Part shown: positions 17,819-33,872 of the stretch, one piece after another | Layout of the letters: each line of letters starts with the position of its first letter | Position numbering within the stretch: position 1 is the stretch's first letter | From: the human T2T-CHM13v2.0 reference genome, Homo sapiens | Assembly (NCBI RefSeq): GCF_009914755.1 | Contig: NC_060947.1 | Reading direction: 5' to 3' (one strand) | DNA length: 64,000 bases | Made by a program: the position numbers and the translations under genes | The notes under the pieces: generated by a model | The model's database searches: none | The model's input: only the letters and a program-made list of their open reading frames with translations | Told to the model about the DNA's origin: nothing

Positions 17819-18188
17819 GATATGAAACATACTTAAAGAGCTAAAAGCATTTTTACGAGGAAAAAAAGACTTGATGACAGATAAGATATGAGAGTGATGA
17901 AGAAAGTTGTCACTAAATTCTTTGAGTAGCAGGGCCTCAAGTGTTATCTTGAGTGCAAATATAAACAGTGAACCGATAAGTATGTTCTTGGTGAACTCGC
18001 CAAAGTAAATTTTCAGCCAGCAATGAACAACAGTAAGAAGTAGGAATTTGGTGAGGTTAAAGAAATCAGGTATCTTCCTCAATTCAGCAGAAAAGAGGTC
18101 AAGTTTCAAAAGACATTGGGAAGTGTGGGTGACCCTCAAGAATTTAGATAAGAAGAGGAAAACTGTCAGAGTCATTTGGTTAAGGTAT

Positions 18189-18964
<776 letters not shown>

Positions 18965-21900
18965 AGAGTCAAGTAGATTCTAAAATTCTAAACAAGCAGG
19001 TTTCGGGTTCTCAGAAAACAGGGGGTTGACAAGAATGGTTCTGACATAGCCCAAACTGTGAAAACTGAATTATGATTCCAAGGCAATAGCATTTAATACT
19101 CATGCTTGTTGAATAGGCAAGGGCTTCCAGAAGGAAGATCAGAGCCTGGTCTTTTCATCTCTGGAAACCTAGATGTGGTTTACTCTTAGAATGAAAAAGG
19201 GCTAAGTCTTCCTGGGGCTCTAAGGACTCTCCCTGTGTTGAATAGAAAAAGGGATAAACCTTCAACTGGGTTTGTAAAATATCGTTGTTCCATGGAATCA
19301 AATTCAAGACCAAGGTCAAAAGTGATGGTCACATCTTGCTTTCTCTGACCCTACCCAGGATCAGAACCAGAGCCTTCAGCTGGCAGCCCATTCCTTCTGC
19401 TGCTGAAACCAATCCTCACCAGCCAGGCAATTCAGCAGAAGCTCACTCAGGGACAGCATGGAAGAGGCGTGAGATGAATATCGCTGCTGCCATTCTGTTA
19501 ACCGGTGTGAGCTCTAGACTTCATCATGATTACTATATTTCCTTCTGCCTTCTGGGATTCCTTCTGACACTTGTTTCAGTTTAAGAACCATGTTTCTTTC
19601 TCAAATCATTTTCCTTATGCTGTTTCTTCACAGGAATGATACACTTTTCTCATCATAATTTTTGAAAATATGTTGCAAAAAAATACTGTGTGCTATCTGC
19701 AGTGATTATTCTTTCCTTTGCCTTAAAAAGAAAGTATTCTAGGGAAAGGATGGAAAACACCACAGAAGTTGTGAGAATGGGCATTTGTGATTTCTAACAA
19801 GGATTTGTCAGCCTTTGACTGCTCTGGACTTTACCAGCCACAGTTGCTGAAGACATGCAGGGTGAAAGATCAGCCCTTACAGCTCTAAATCAATGAACTC
19901 CTTAAACCTGCCCCCAAATGTATCAGGAGCTGGACCCTCCACTAGCAGGCAGGGTCTGAGATTTCCTTGAGCACTCACTATGTGCGAGTTACTGTCCTAA
20001 ATAAGTCCAGTGTAGTAATTCACTTCATTCTAATAACAACCCTATGAGGTCATTAATCTTCACTGCGGATACAAAGAAACTGAGGTATATAGAGGTGACT
20101 CAGCTAGAATGTGGCAGTCAAGTTACAGGAAATTTATACCATTCTTTACAACTGCCTTTCCTGAAGTAATGGCTGTGTATAATATTGTTAAGATTGGGTC
20201 GACAAAAATCAACCAGTCAAATATTAGAAGCCCAAGCCCCGCCAACAGATGGATTCCTGTATTAGATGATTTTCCCGAGTCTTCTAACGACAAAAACAGC
20301 AATGGCAGCAGCATTATCTGCAAATATTTATGAGTACTTAATTGTGTTGTGCCACATACCATATTAAGTGGTTTCCATGTGTTAAATCAATGTAATCCCA
20401 GTATCCAGTGGGCGTCAGCAGAGCTGCCTTGAGCTGCAACCTCTTTCATTAGCAACCAGCTTAGATCCCTTAGTCATTTTGGCTGGGCTACTCTGGTGGT
20501 GATTCATACCCCAGGGCCTTGCCTGAGCTGAAGCTAGAACGTGGCTTTGCACCCTGGAAACCTGCCTATATTTTGCCAGTTTTCTCCCCTTAAGGAACTG
20601 AAACCTAGCTGGTACCTAAGAATTGCTTCTTTCTAAATAAAGCCTACTATGGCCACACCACCTTCCCAAACTAAGGTGCTGACCGATGCTCTCCTCTCCT
20701 TCTACCAGATTCCAACCTTTAGTTATTCATATTTTAGTCATTTCACTTAACTTTACAACTTCCTCTTGCCCACTGATTTTGGAATAGCTGGTTTCCTTTC
20801 TTGAAGACTTGAATACCAATTACCAGGGCAGCCCTCTAGCCTCCTGTCTCCAGCAGTTAGCTGCTACAGACATTATGCTTCTTGTCAGAGGCAATGTGGG
20901 TCATGCTTTACCTCTAAACAGAATAGCCCCCTATCTATGACATAGAATAGGAAATGCCTGCAGGCAGGGATCTGGTCTTATTAATCTTCATATCTCTAAC
21001 ACTCTTTCTGTTCTTAGCACATAGACTATTCTTAATACGTGAATGAATGAAGGAATGAAGAATGAATGAACGGCTATTGAAAGATATCAATCTTCATTTT
21101 CCTTTCCCACTGTTAAAAATCAAAGCGATAACTCAAATTTCCAATTAGAATGAAACATACCAGTTCTAGTTGGTATTCTGACAGAAAAAATTATACTGCA
21201 GGTTATATTTTTACACTAAAATTTTCCATCACGTAACTGGAATTAATTTATTCCAAGATAGTAGAAATGTATTGGTGCAGTATGAAATGAAGGGGATTTA
21301 AATAACATAATAAAAAGAAGAACATTACAATCTGTTTAACATAACCTAACCCTGGGAAGATTAATAGCTTTCAATTCATACAAAGACTGAAGTCTACAAT
21401 TTCATATACACATGGTCTTATTAAAAATGAAAGCTGGTTATAATGAAATGCTAGCACCACGCTAAGATTGGCATGGTGTATGAAATAGACAAACTAACAG
21501 TGTGGCAATAGTTGGAGGTGGAATTTCATAGGATAACTTTTTAGTTCCAAAATGGTCAAATCACACAATGGCTGGAGATATAATTAAGAATTAGGCTCTA
21601 AAAACAAATTCTGAAACAGAAGGTAATTAATATATCTTCGGGGAAAGCTGGATTTTTAATGAATCAGACATGACCGCAGAGAAAGGCTCGATGTTGCCCT
21701 GTACTCTCTTAGTCTGGTTAGCTAAAACCACCCCACACTAGGGACCTCCTAGTGCATGGGGTTAAATTTCACATTTGTGAGCAGTAAGCATGTGTTTGCT
21801 GGCACTCTTGCAGCATACTGGGCATGCTGTGGAAGGATCAGAGAATTTTTGGAATTGTGCACTAAATGTCTTTGTTCTATACAGTTTTAAATAAATGAGT

Positions 21901-22341
21901 CATTTTCAGACTTGGAGTTTTTCTTTAAATCTGTTGGTATAAAATCCTATTTTCTAAATGAAACCATACTCAAAAGTGGAATATATGAAAGAGATAAAAG
22001 ATGAAAGTATTCAAGTGGGTTAGGGAACCTTGGAAAGAGCCCATTCAATCCCTCTTCCCATCTCTCCCTTTGGCCTCTGAGGCACCTTGCAGAACTTTCT
22101 AGAATGACTTGAATGGTTTGCATGGTTTGAATTCGATTTGCATGGTCTGAAAGCCTCCAGATCTGGAGCAACACTCATACTTTTCAGGTGAGGTAACTGG
22201 GATTTAAGAAGTTCAGGGATTTTTGCAAAATCACACCGACAAGTAAATCAGTTGAGAGGGAAGGAACCAGAGTATTTTCGTAGCACCAGGTCTTGGGGCT
22301 TTTGACTTCAATTTCTCATTGCCCTGCCCCCTGGAACAGTG

Positions 22342-22515
22342 CCACTCAATGGTTCATAGGTTGCCAGCATGAGTGTCATCACCTGGGAGCTGGTTAGCAA
22401 TGCAGAATCGCAGGCCTTGCCACAGACCTGCTAAATCAGAATCTCTGTGGTGGGATCCAGACAACTGCATTTTCATAAGCTTGCCAGGTCATTCTTAAGC
22501 ATCCTCACCCTTGAA
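22342..22515. mobile_element. MER5A hAT MITE
   Basis: CATCACCTGGGAGCTGGTTAGCAATGCAGAATC...AATCAGAATCTCTG. Confidence 0.75.
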
Positions 22516-22700
22516 CATCTTTCCCGTCTTTCCTTTTCTTCTGGTCATGATTCCTCAACTCCCAAGCTCAAAAGTAGTGAAAATGTTGTTATAAAGGAAC
22601 AGAAAAAAAATTAGGAGAGGAATAGAGAGTGAAATTACTCCAGAGCCTTTATTCCCTCACCTCAGGTCCCACTGAAGTCATTTTGGAAATTATGTAGCTT

Positions 22701-22841
22701 TTTCTTTTTCTTTTTTTTTTTTTTTTGAGACAGGGTTTCACCATATTGGCAAAGCTGGTCTCGAACTCCTGACCTCAAGTGATCTGCCCTCCTCAGCCTC
22801 CCAAAGTACTGGGATTACAGGCTGCGCCACTGCACCAGGCC
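22701..22841 (-). mobile_element. Alu left-arm monomer (AluS-type) with tail and TSD
   Basis: Single arm; TSD at 22684-22700 and 22842-22858 (15/17 identical). Confidence 0.85.
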
Positions 22842-24932
22842 TGGAAATTAAGTATCTTTGTTTAATGATGGCATTATGAAAAAGACTAATATGTTCTGCC
22901 ACTCCTCTTCCCGGTTACTTCAGCTTTTTTTAAATGAGTAAACTAGAAAATCATTTTTTTTCAAACTAAATGTCTTCATGTTTATCATGTAACATTTGTT
23001 ATGTAAACTCATTGTTTAAATAGAAGGACTAGGGCGTGCAACATTTGGCCACAAAAGAAAATATGCACACACACAAACATAACTGATTTTTTTAAAAAAA
23101 AAAACATGTATTACTTTAAAAATATGCCAGTTAAATGTTAAAACTTATGTATGAATGTGCTAAACAAAGAGACTAACACAAAATAATTTCTGGTAACATT
23201 TTTAGTATCATGAAGGCCCATAAAAATGAGGAGGGTATGGATTATTGAAATTGTGTGAAATTAGAAAACTACATAGAAACATTCCCGTGAATGCAAGGAG
23301 ACAAAGAGAGCAAATAGTTAAGTACATTGGACCCCTCCATATCTGCTCCTTTAAAAAATGTATATTTCAGTCATTTACATTTTATGTTAAATTATTATCT
23401 GACTCTTCTAAAAGTTTTTGGTGTAAATTAAAGATGATCTGAATTATCAGAAAATCAGGACTGAGAACAACTACCCTGAAAAAAAAAAATGGATTACTTT
23501 AGAATGTGAAAGAATGGCCAAGGTCTATGCAAAGTTATTTTTGCTTTGAATAGAAACCCTGAGTGCAATGTTTAAGAATATAAACCTATTCCCAACATGC
23601 AAAAATTCTATAGAATTCTTCAAATGAACCCTCCAAGTCAGTATTTTAACTCTGCTACTGTGTATGTGCTAGGTTTCCCAAATGGAATTCTCTATTCCCA
23701 GAACAATCTTTTCTAAAGCCACAAAAAACACAAATAGAATTCAAAGTTCTTATGCTTGATATACTTTATGCCTTCTTTCATAAAACACATCACCTAGTTT
23801 TCACGTTTCTCTGAATATCCTATGTTGTCACAAAAGATATATTTCTCCTAAGTTAAGCTAAAACGCATGATTTTAAGACAACCTAAATGAAAATTGCAAA
23901 CACAAAACACATTCATAAATTCATGCTTATGAAATTATGACTTACAGCATAAGTTATTCTTGATATTTAAAAGAATCGTTTATGAGTTTTTGTCATCATG
24001 AATGTTTGACAACAAGATTATCTGTGAACAAGAGATTGTGTGGGCTTACACAGTATTTTCAACTAAAAGTTACGGTATTTTGTTTAACACAGAAACCACA
24101 CCATAGGTTAAGTTTGAGATTATTTTGAAATATCTGAACTACTCAGCAGGTAAAAACAAATAATACAGCCCATTTATAGCTCATCAGTTTTTTGTTTTGA
24201 GTCATCTAAGCAATAACTCAAGGAAGGTGAGAGAGAGCATTTGCCACCCTCCAGGGTGGCAACTGAACTTCAGGAATTCCCTGGAGATACAGCCAATTGA
24301 TGCTTCACATCTCTCACCATGCTCTGCCATCAATTCTCCATTGCCATGGAATCCACAATGGAAATGTGCCACACTTAGGCCACTTTTCATTTCAGTTCTT
24401 TTATATATTACCCTCCCTTTTCATATTCTCCTTGGAACTGAATGAGTTACTGTTTCAAAGAATGGGGGCCCTGTACTAGGGAAGGGTGGGGTATAATGAC
24501 AAGCAAGTTCATTTGTTTGGAATAAAATAGTCAGCAACAGAACAATAAACACAGAAGTCTGCTAGAAGAGGCCTTCAGTTTATCAACACAAAGAGTTTTC
24601 TTCATGACTTCCTTGGATGTCAGTTGCATTTAAATATAGAGTTGCTAATAATTTCCTTTCCTCTTTACTCGTTTAATTATGCAATCGGATATTAAAGCAT
24701 TGGGTCAGGTATTTTGCCCAATTTTAGCTATTTTATTTGTATTTTAACTATTTCCAATTTTAACTGTTCTTGATTTATATCCAATTTATTTCCAATTTAT
24801 ATTGGAAATCTTGGCCAGTAAATAATTTGAGTATAGCATGGTTTAATATTATAAAGGTTATATATACATACACAGTCTCTCTCTCCCATGTAACTATATC
24901 CACTAAAGTCCTAAAGTAACAATGCCTCTGTC

Positions 24933-25620
<688 letters not shown>

Positions 25621-26330
25621 TTACCCTCAATATGTGCCCACAAAACAGTATACAGGATCATGGACTCAAAATGACAGCAAAATAAACAGATGCACACACT
25701 GTTCACAAAGGATTTGATTGGGTTTGCAAAGCTCCCTACATTTCTTTGCATATAAACTAGACTCATCCCTTAAATTTCAAAGTAAAATCTCACCAACTGA
25801 GCGAAAGCTGTGGCACAGAAGTTCCTCAGAGTTTTAAAAGATGTGCTTTGGGTTTAATTCCAACCACATACATATAAAACCATGTCAGTTTCAAAGTCTA
25901 GGTCAGGGCTCTTAAAGCTGAAACAGCTAGACTCAAATCTCAGAGCATTTTCATAACTGGATGATCTGTACTCACTTGCATTTGCAGGCAAAATTGTAAA
26001 TGAGGAATTACAATATATACATTCAGAACAGAGAAGAAATTTCCCTAAAGACAAGTACCAAAAATGTTAATGTAAAGATTTGCCACTTAAGAACAAATGG
26101 AAAAAAAAATCATTGGTGCCTAACTTTCGACACATAATCTAAGGTCTGAAGTCTTTTTGTGTTTCACAATATGAAGGTGCCCTGGCCACAATATTTATAC
26201 TATTCCTAGAAGATTGTAAATAGTATCTGAATGTGCACTGTGAGTTTCTCAGATTCAACCCCAGGAACAATTGCGCAAATGCTCTCCTGCATATAGAAAC
26301 TGCTAGATCCTCTTTTCAGAGCTGCTGCTT

Positions 26331-26624
26331 TTTGTTTTTCTGGAGACAGGGTCTCACCCTGCTGCCCAAGCTGGAGTGCAGTGGTGAGACCACGGCTCAC
26401 TGCAGCTTCGACTTCCCAAGCTCAAGCAATCCTCCCACCTCAGCCTCCTGAGTAGTTGGGATTATAGGTGTGTGCCACCACACCCAGCTAAGTTTTTTAT
26501 TTTTATTAGAGATGAAGTCCCACTAGATTGCTAGGGTTGGTCTTAATTTCCTGGGCTCAAGAGATCCTCCCGCCTCAGCCTCCCAAAGCACTGGGATTAC
26601 AAGTGTGAGCCACCACACATGGCC
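26331..26624 (-). mobile_element. AluJ
   Basis: Full dimer; TSD CAGAGCTGCT(G/T)CTT at 26317-26330 and 26625-26638. Confidence 0.9.
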
Positions 26625-26869
26625 CAGAGCTGCTTCTTACCAGGCAGACAGAGAAATGGGAGGCAGCACGACCTTGGAGAAGGAGGAAATAGTCATTGTC
26701 CCCTTCTTTTATTAGGGAGTGCAGGCCCCACCATACTACTATTCTACCAGCACAGTGCCTGCTCCTCTGGGCTGCTCCTTCCAACCTCACTGCTGCCCTC
26801 AGCCTCATATTCAGAACATTTCAGTGGTGAAGATCAGAGCACATAATGAGCTTGTCTGGAACAAATTAA

Positions 26870-27070
26870 GATTCCGGGCTTTAAAGTCAAACAGACATGG
26901 GTTACATGGGTTTGAGTCTCATTTGGCTCTGCGATCTTCAGCAAATTTCTTATCTATTTCCTTATCCGCAGAATGGAGATGATAATACCACCTTCCTCAA
27001 GGGACTTTTGTGATGTATATATAGTGCTGGGTATTTAGTACTGAAAATATGCTAGAGGTTGCTATTTGTA
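26870..27070 (+). mobile_element. MIR SINE followed by a (TAG)n run
   Basis: GGCTTTAAAGTCAAACAGACATGGGTT...GAATGGAGATGATAATACC. Confidence 0.6.
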
Positions 27071-27193
27071 GTAGTAGTAGTGGTAGTAGTAGTAGTATGG
27101 AAAGAAGGAAGCAAGCTACCGCACAGAAGTCTCCTGAAAATCTGAAAAAGGCTTGGGGAAATCCAGCAGAGAGAGCTTTCCCTTTCTTCAGAG

Positions 27194-27376
27194 CAGAGGT
27201 TTTTAAGTTGTGATTCAAGGGCCGGCAACATCCCCTGAGAACTTGTTAGAGATGCAAATTCTCAGGCCCCATCCCAGACCAACTGACACAGAAACTCTGG
27301 GGATGGGGCCCAGCCAGCTACGTTTTAAAAAGGCATTCAGAAGATTCCATTACAGGTCAACTTTTGAGAAGCACTG
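27194..27376. mobile_element. MER5A hAT MITE
   Basis: AACTTGTTAGAGATGCAAATTCTCAGGCCCCATCCCAGACC; ends TTTGAGAAGCACTG. Confidence 0.85.
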
Positions 27377-27562
27377 CTCTAGCGGAATAGCAGGAAGGGT
27401 AAATGCTAAGCTGAGCTTAGTTCATATGGGACGTTAACATTTCCTCTCTCATTAGTGGTCCCCTCCTGGGCAGATCTAGCATTTGAGATTTTCATTTACA
27501 TTTCTTACTTATATACCATGCAGTCTTGGGTAGGGCCCGTTAAAGATGGAAGTAGATAACTA

Positions 27563-27644
27563 TTAGGTTGGTGCAAAAGTAATTGCGTTTTTTTTACCAT
27601 TAAAAGCAATGGCAAAGACCACAATTACTTTTGCACCAACCTAA
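27563..27644. mobile_element. MADE1 mariner-derived MITE
   Basis: TTAGGTTGGTGCAAAAGTAATTG...CAATTACTTTTGCACCAACCTAA palindromic 82-bp element after TA. Confidence 0.95.
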
Positions 27645-29284
27645 CAGCTGTAAGGGATTATTTGTTCTCTGTCCAAAACCAGAAAGACTGACTAGAAAGA
27701 CTTTTACAGGCCATTTTAAGTCCTTGTTTGTTTTAAATATGTACATATAAAAATCAGTATCTATGTCTATATAAGCACTTCAGTGTGTTAACAATCATAT
27801 AATCACGCCCATGAGAGTATCATGTAATTGACATTGCACCATCATTACCATTATGTTGAAAAGGTGAGCAATAGCTACTCTTTAAATCTACTTAGAAATC
27901 ATACAGGATTGTGTGGTAAATTCTGTGTATTAACATAAAGTCAGATTTCAAATCTTAAAGGCTTGTAGAATAACATTTTCACAGCCATATGGTTAATAGT
28001 TGTAAAGAAAAGACAATGTTTTTTTACTGCTGAGAAATTTGACTACAGAGGACTCTTAAGTATTGTCCTTCATTTAGAATCTTAAACAATATCATTACAT
28101 ATGTCCTTTTGATTTTCAATGAATACATATTTACATAAAATGTAGTCATTTCTCCCACTTCTTCATTGTTGAAATTGCCTTCGCCAACAGCTATGCAGTG
28201 TCAAGATGGGATCAGAATGTGTGGGAGCAGATATTTTTTTCAGTCATGCTTTGCTGACATATGCACTGTTAACGAATTACCACTGAAACAATATATGTGT
28301 CTAAGAAACATGTAGAAGAGCTGGCTGTTAATTCTTATCTATGCGAGAAGAAGAGAATATGAGAGTAAGAAGAACTTGGTTTGTTGAGACTCAACTTTGG
28401 CTAAATTGGAATCATTAAAGATTAAAAACAATGATATCTGGGTTCCCCACAAAAGTCTGATATCATTGGCTTGGGGTACAGCTGGGGCATTTTTTTAAGC
28501 TTCCAAGATGATGCTAATGATCATTAGCGTCATTTCCTTATAGGTCACCTCTAACCTAACCACTTCACAGTAGTTAAATCTGGCTATGATCTGTACTAGC
28601 TGGTATCTGGTTGGGAGAATCACTAGTACTGGGTTTTTGTATTTCTGCCCAGCCAGGCGTTGATCATATTTTACATTAGGATTTGCATAAAAGAAGCAGG
28701 CCAGGCAGTGGCCCTATGTTCCTTTCCCCACACAAGGTCATACATAAAATATATTATTATTTTTTATTTTTTCCCCCTCTGGCCTTTTCCCTGTAAGTAT
28801 ATGTTATCACTTTGATACAAATGAATCATAATTGAATACTCATTCACTCACTCCATTCACTTACTTATTCATTAATGCTTTCATTAAATATTTATTATGT
28901 GGTAGGTATACGGAAGTACAAAAAAGTACAAAAAGACCTCACAAAGCTTAAGATCTAAACAGGAATACAAATTCATGGGCAATTGAAATACCATATGGCA
29001 AAGGGTAAGACAAATGTACTGAAGTAGCACATTGAAGGTGCAGGAGATCCGGTTTGGGATGTTCAGGAATCTATTTATGAGGTGCTGTCTGAAAAGGGAT
29101 TATTAACTAGCTAAACAAAGGTGATAGAGGAGAGACAGATTGTTCCTAGGAGAGGGAGCCATTTGATGGAGGGCCAGAAGCAAGAAACAAAGATATTTTA
29201 TTTGATTGTAGAGTTCAGTAAAGAGGGATAAGGCTTGAGTGGTCACACGGAGTGAGAGCATGAAGGGCCATGTAAGTAGTGGAA

Positions 29285-29452
29285 TGCTAGTAAATGTCAA
29301 ATAACTGGCTCTAGGGGAGGGCAGTGGCGCTAATTGTAGCATTTGCCAATTTCTGTGGTGTAAGTGCTCTCACAATAGCTGATTTCAAGCAACTAACTTG
29401 ATGTCATTGAATGAAGAACTCAGTGGAAAGAGATACACATAATTGGCTCTTG
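29285..29452. mobile_element. MER63-like hAT element
   Basis: TGTAGCATTTGCCAATTTCTGTGGTGTAA...GCTGATTTCAAGC. Confidence 0.65.
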
Positions 29453-30237
29453 GAATGTGTTAATTAGAAGATAAGTAGTTAGCAAGCAGAGCATGTGTGT
29501 ACTAAACATAGATAGTGAGGGATAGAAGGACCAAAAGATACCCAATATTCATGAGGCACCTGGGTACTAAATATTCATAATATGCTAAATACACATGAGA
29601 CCAAATATACAAGAGGCACTAAATATTCAAGATCAAATAAATACACATGAGCACTTAATGTTCACAAGGTCTTAATTCAGGCATCCATAGGTGATACCTA
29701 TTCCAGCACCGTAAGTCTTCTGCCTGAGAATTACATGGCTAGTCATCAGGCTATTTTGGCAAGTTACAGCTGTGGCCATGCATTCTTGTCTCTGTGTCTC
29801 TGATAAACCACATGCCACTGAATCAGGCACCACCCATTTTGGACTCCCTTGTTGGGAAGTCAACTTTGGTCCTTGTAAGCACACCATAATTGGGAAGGCT
29901 GATGCAATACAGAGACAGACAAGACATATAATGTTGTGTACTGCAGAATTCAAGTACTCTAATCTTCACAGTCTGCTTACACTCTATTCTAAGCGTGTTA
30001 ACTTAGCACATATCTTTCCCGTTTGCTTCTCACTGTGATTTTAATAAACTCTGTGATTCAAGTATTTTAATTTGGTCTATGAGCCTTTCTGTTTCATGAT
30101 TTGGATAGGCTGCCTGGTAGTATACTTGAAGGCCATCATTGCATTTAAGTAATTCCCCAGATGACAGAGGAAGTTTATCATAGGTGAAATTTTAAAAGAT
30201 TTATGATAGGTGAAGTTTAAAAAAAATAATAATAATT

Positions 30238-30596
<359 letters not shown>

Positions 30597-32511
30597 TCAT
30601 TCGTTGAATTTGCTTAATCATTTGCTACATTTTAAAGAATGAACTTGACTTCCTGTGAAGTGAAAAAAGCAAAAAAAAAAAAAAAAATCTTGAAATGGAT
30701 TGACTTCTGAAATGATTTGTGAGGCCACATCCAGAAAGGAATTGAGAAAAAGTCTTTAAATATATGATCAAAGAAATGTTGAATTAAAAAAACCCAAGCA
30801 TCATATTCTGATGACACTTGCTCATTTTCACACGTTCGTTCCAAAAATATTAAAAAACACAAGAGATGAATCATTTGATGACATTTAAAACAATGCAAAA
30901 ATAAATTTAGATCTAAAGTGTCATTGAAAGACCTAATTGGATTAGAAAGTTAATATTTAAATAAATAATATTCAGAAACAGAGAGGATTATGCTCTGGCC
31001 TTTATTTCAATGTATGTTATCAGTAAATGCCACTATAAAATTAAATATGCAATTTGGAGAAATTTAATTTAAGTTTGTTGGGATTTATTTACTGCCCATT
31101 TGTTTAAAGGCATTCTGCTAGATACTGCAGGGGGCTACGAAGATGAAAAATACATTCTCAGGACTTTACAGTCTAATTACAACTATGAAGAATGTTCTCC
31201 AAAGCTCTAAATACAATTTAGTACAAATAAAGTACAAATAAAAAGCTAAAGAGGTTTGAAGAAAGGAGAAACATAGCTGCTGGGAGGATCGGGAACAGCT
31301 CATGGTTGAGGAGCTGCGGGAGACAGTACTTCAATAATTAGGGTATTGGCAGGCAAAGAGCACAGAGAAAGCCAAGAAGGCCAAGGCCATTATATGACAC
31401 GGAACTTAGATGTGATCCTATAAAAGGCAAGACAGTGGCTCATGTGGCCTGTAAACTCTTTTGAATAAAGACCCCAAACTTCTATGGGTAATTACTATGC
31501 TAGAAGCAAACTGTCTCAGTATCCTCTCACCCCAAACATCATTATTAAACTGATCATGAGGTTTCCCAGGGCAACATTGGAAACAGAGTCATCTCCAGTC
31601 TGGGTATACAGACTTATGCACAACTGTCTGTTTTAACAAGGAATATGTTGTCGTGTGACTAATTTGCCCATTTGTCTCCCCAACTACACTCTAGGCTCTA
31701 GAGGCCAAGGGTTTTATCATTTTCATCCTTAAATCTAGCAATTAGTACATTGTTTAACACTTAGCAAGTGCTCAATTAATGCTTATTGAATGAACCAACA
31801 AATCTATCAAACAATAGTGCATCAAAATGTTTGCTCCAATCTGCTTATTAATAACTCAGTGTCTTGGTTGCCAAAGGAGGGGAAAGAGAAAGGGTAGAGT
31901 GTAGTAGAAGAGGGGGAAATAAGATTCTAACTAGCACAATGAACAGATTTGAGTTACATATGTACACATAAAATCGGCATAGACGTGATACTCACATACA
32001 AATACAGATTGGAAAAAAAAAAAACCCCACTGGGCTACGAGGAGTGGAGTTGCCACCATTCCCTGCTATATATCCCCTCTAGCTGGCCTTAGGTGACTTC
32101 TCCTCTCTTTCAAGGCTCCTTTAGACATTCTAGAATGAAAATATTGCAGAATTGGAATGAGAGAGGCATACTGTTTGATTTACTCTCTTAGATAAAGCCT
32201 GAATAATTTCGCTTATAACAATGACAGAAATTATTGGAAGATAACAAAGTGTCATGTGAATTATCTAAGAAAGATAACATTAGGGTGGAATGAAGAGCTC
32301 TGAAGAGTGCCAATATATGAATAATACACATTATATGGAGAAAGCCTTTTCTTTTTTGGTGAATACATGATTGAGTAGAATTTTACGTTGCTGGAAGGTA
32401 GAGTTTGTTCTTCTCTCTATGCATATATACATGGAACTAGTCTCCACCTGAGAGCTTATGACCTCTTTCTCTCTCTTTGGTGTTGAATATGTGTGTATAT
32501 GTGTGATACTG

Positions 32512-32670
32512 CAGTGCTTCTCAAGCTGCAACGTGCGTGCAGATCCCTTGGGGATTGTCTTACAATGGCGGATTCTGATTCAACAGTTCTGAAGTGGGGC
32601 CTGGGATTTCAAAATTCTAAAAAAACTCCCAAGAGATGTTGAGGCTTCAATCACACTTTGCACAGCAAGG
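32512..32670. mobile_element. MER5B-like hAT MITE (duplicated copy at ~34328-34461)
   Basis: CAGTGCTTCTCAAGCT...GATTCTGATTCAACAG...TGGGGCCTG...CACACTTTGCACAGCAAGG. Confidence 0.75.
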
Positions 32671-33513
32671 TGATGCTCTTTTAAGAAACTGAAGCAATTA
32701 CTAACAAATAGGTCACATAAGTATGTAATTATAACAGAAGTGAATCTGTGCACAAAAGAAAGAACTATGAAAGAATTATGTCTGAGTTATATGTGTATAT
32801 ATATATACTATATATATGTGTGCGTATATATATATATGGACATATAATTGGCATTATTATTACTGTGATAGAAAGACCTCTCTTCTGCAAGCCAAATTAT
32901 CTTTCACTTTGTTGCTTCTTGAATTCTTTTCTTCTTTTTTCCCCTACAATTGCATCTCCAGATCTCCTTGAAAGGGTCAAGTAGAATGCCTATGGGCTAT
33001 CTAACTATGTTGGTAAGGAGTTTGAATTCAATGACATTCAATGCATATCTAAGCCAAGCTGTCACAACACACTCAAGCCTGCCAAAGGAGTTCGTACAAA
33101 TCTTTAAAATAATTTACAGGAGAGACAAAATTACCACATCATTCCCATTATCAGAAGAAATAATTCAAATTAAGAAAAATTAGAAATAAAAATGAAGAGA
33201 TGACACTGAAGAATATCTCACCACTGGAAGATGACTTTCATCTACAGTGATCTCTCTATAAAGCAAAGATACTTTTCAGCTATTATTCAGTAAGTGAGTC
33301 CAACAGTTTCCTCTGATATTGTGAATTTAATTAGTAGGCAATTTGCTCATGAAATCAGAATCTAGCCCTTCCCTTGCTGGGTTGCTGGATCTGTGTATTC
33401 CTATATTCTTCTCTAGCTATTGCCTCATTTCTCAAATTCCTTTCATGTCTTCATCTCCATTCCTTATTTCCACCTCCCTACTTCTCAACTCACCACCATA
33501 AGACTTCTTGGCT

Positions 33514-33872
<359 letters not shown>

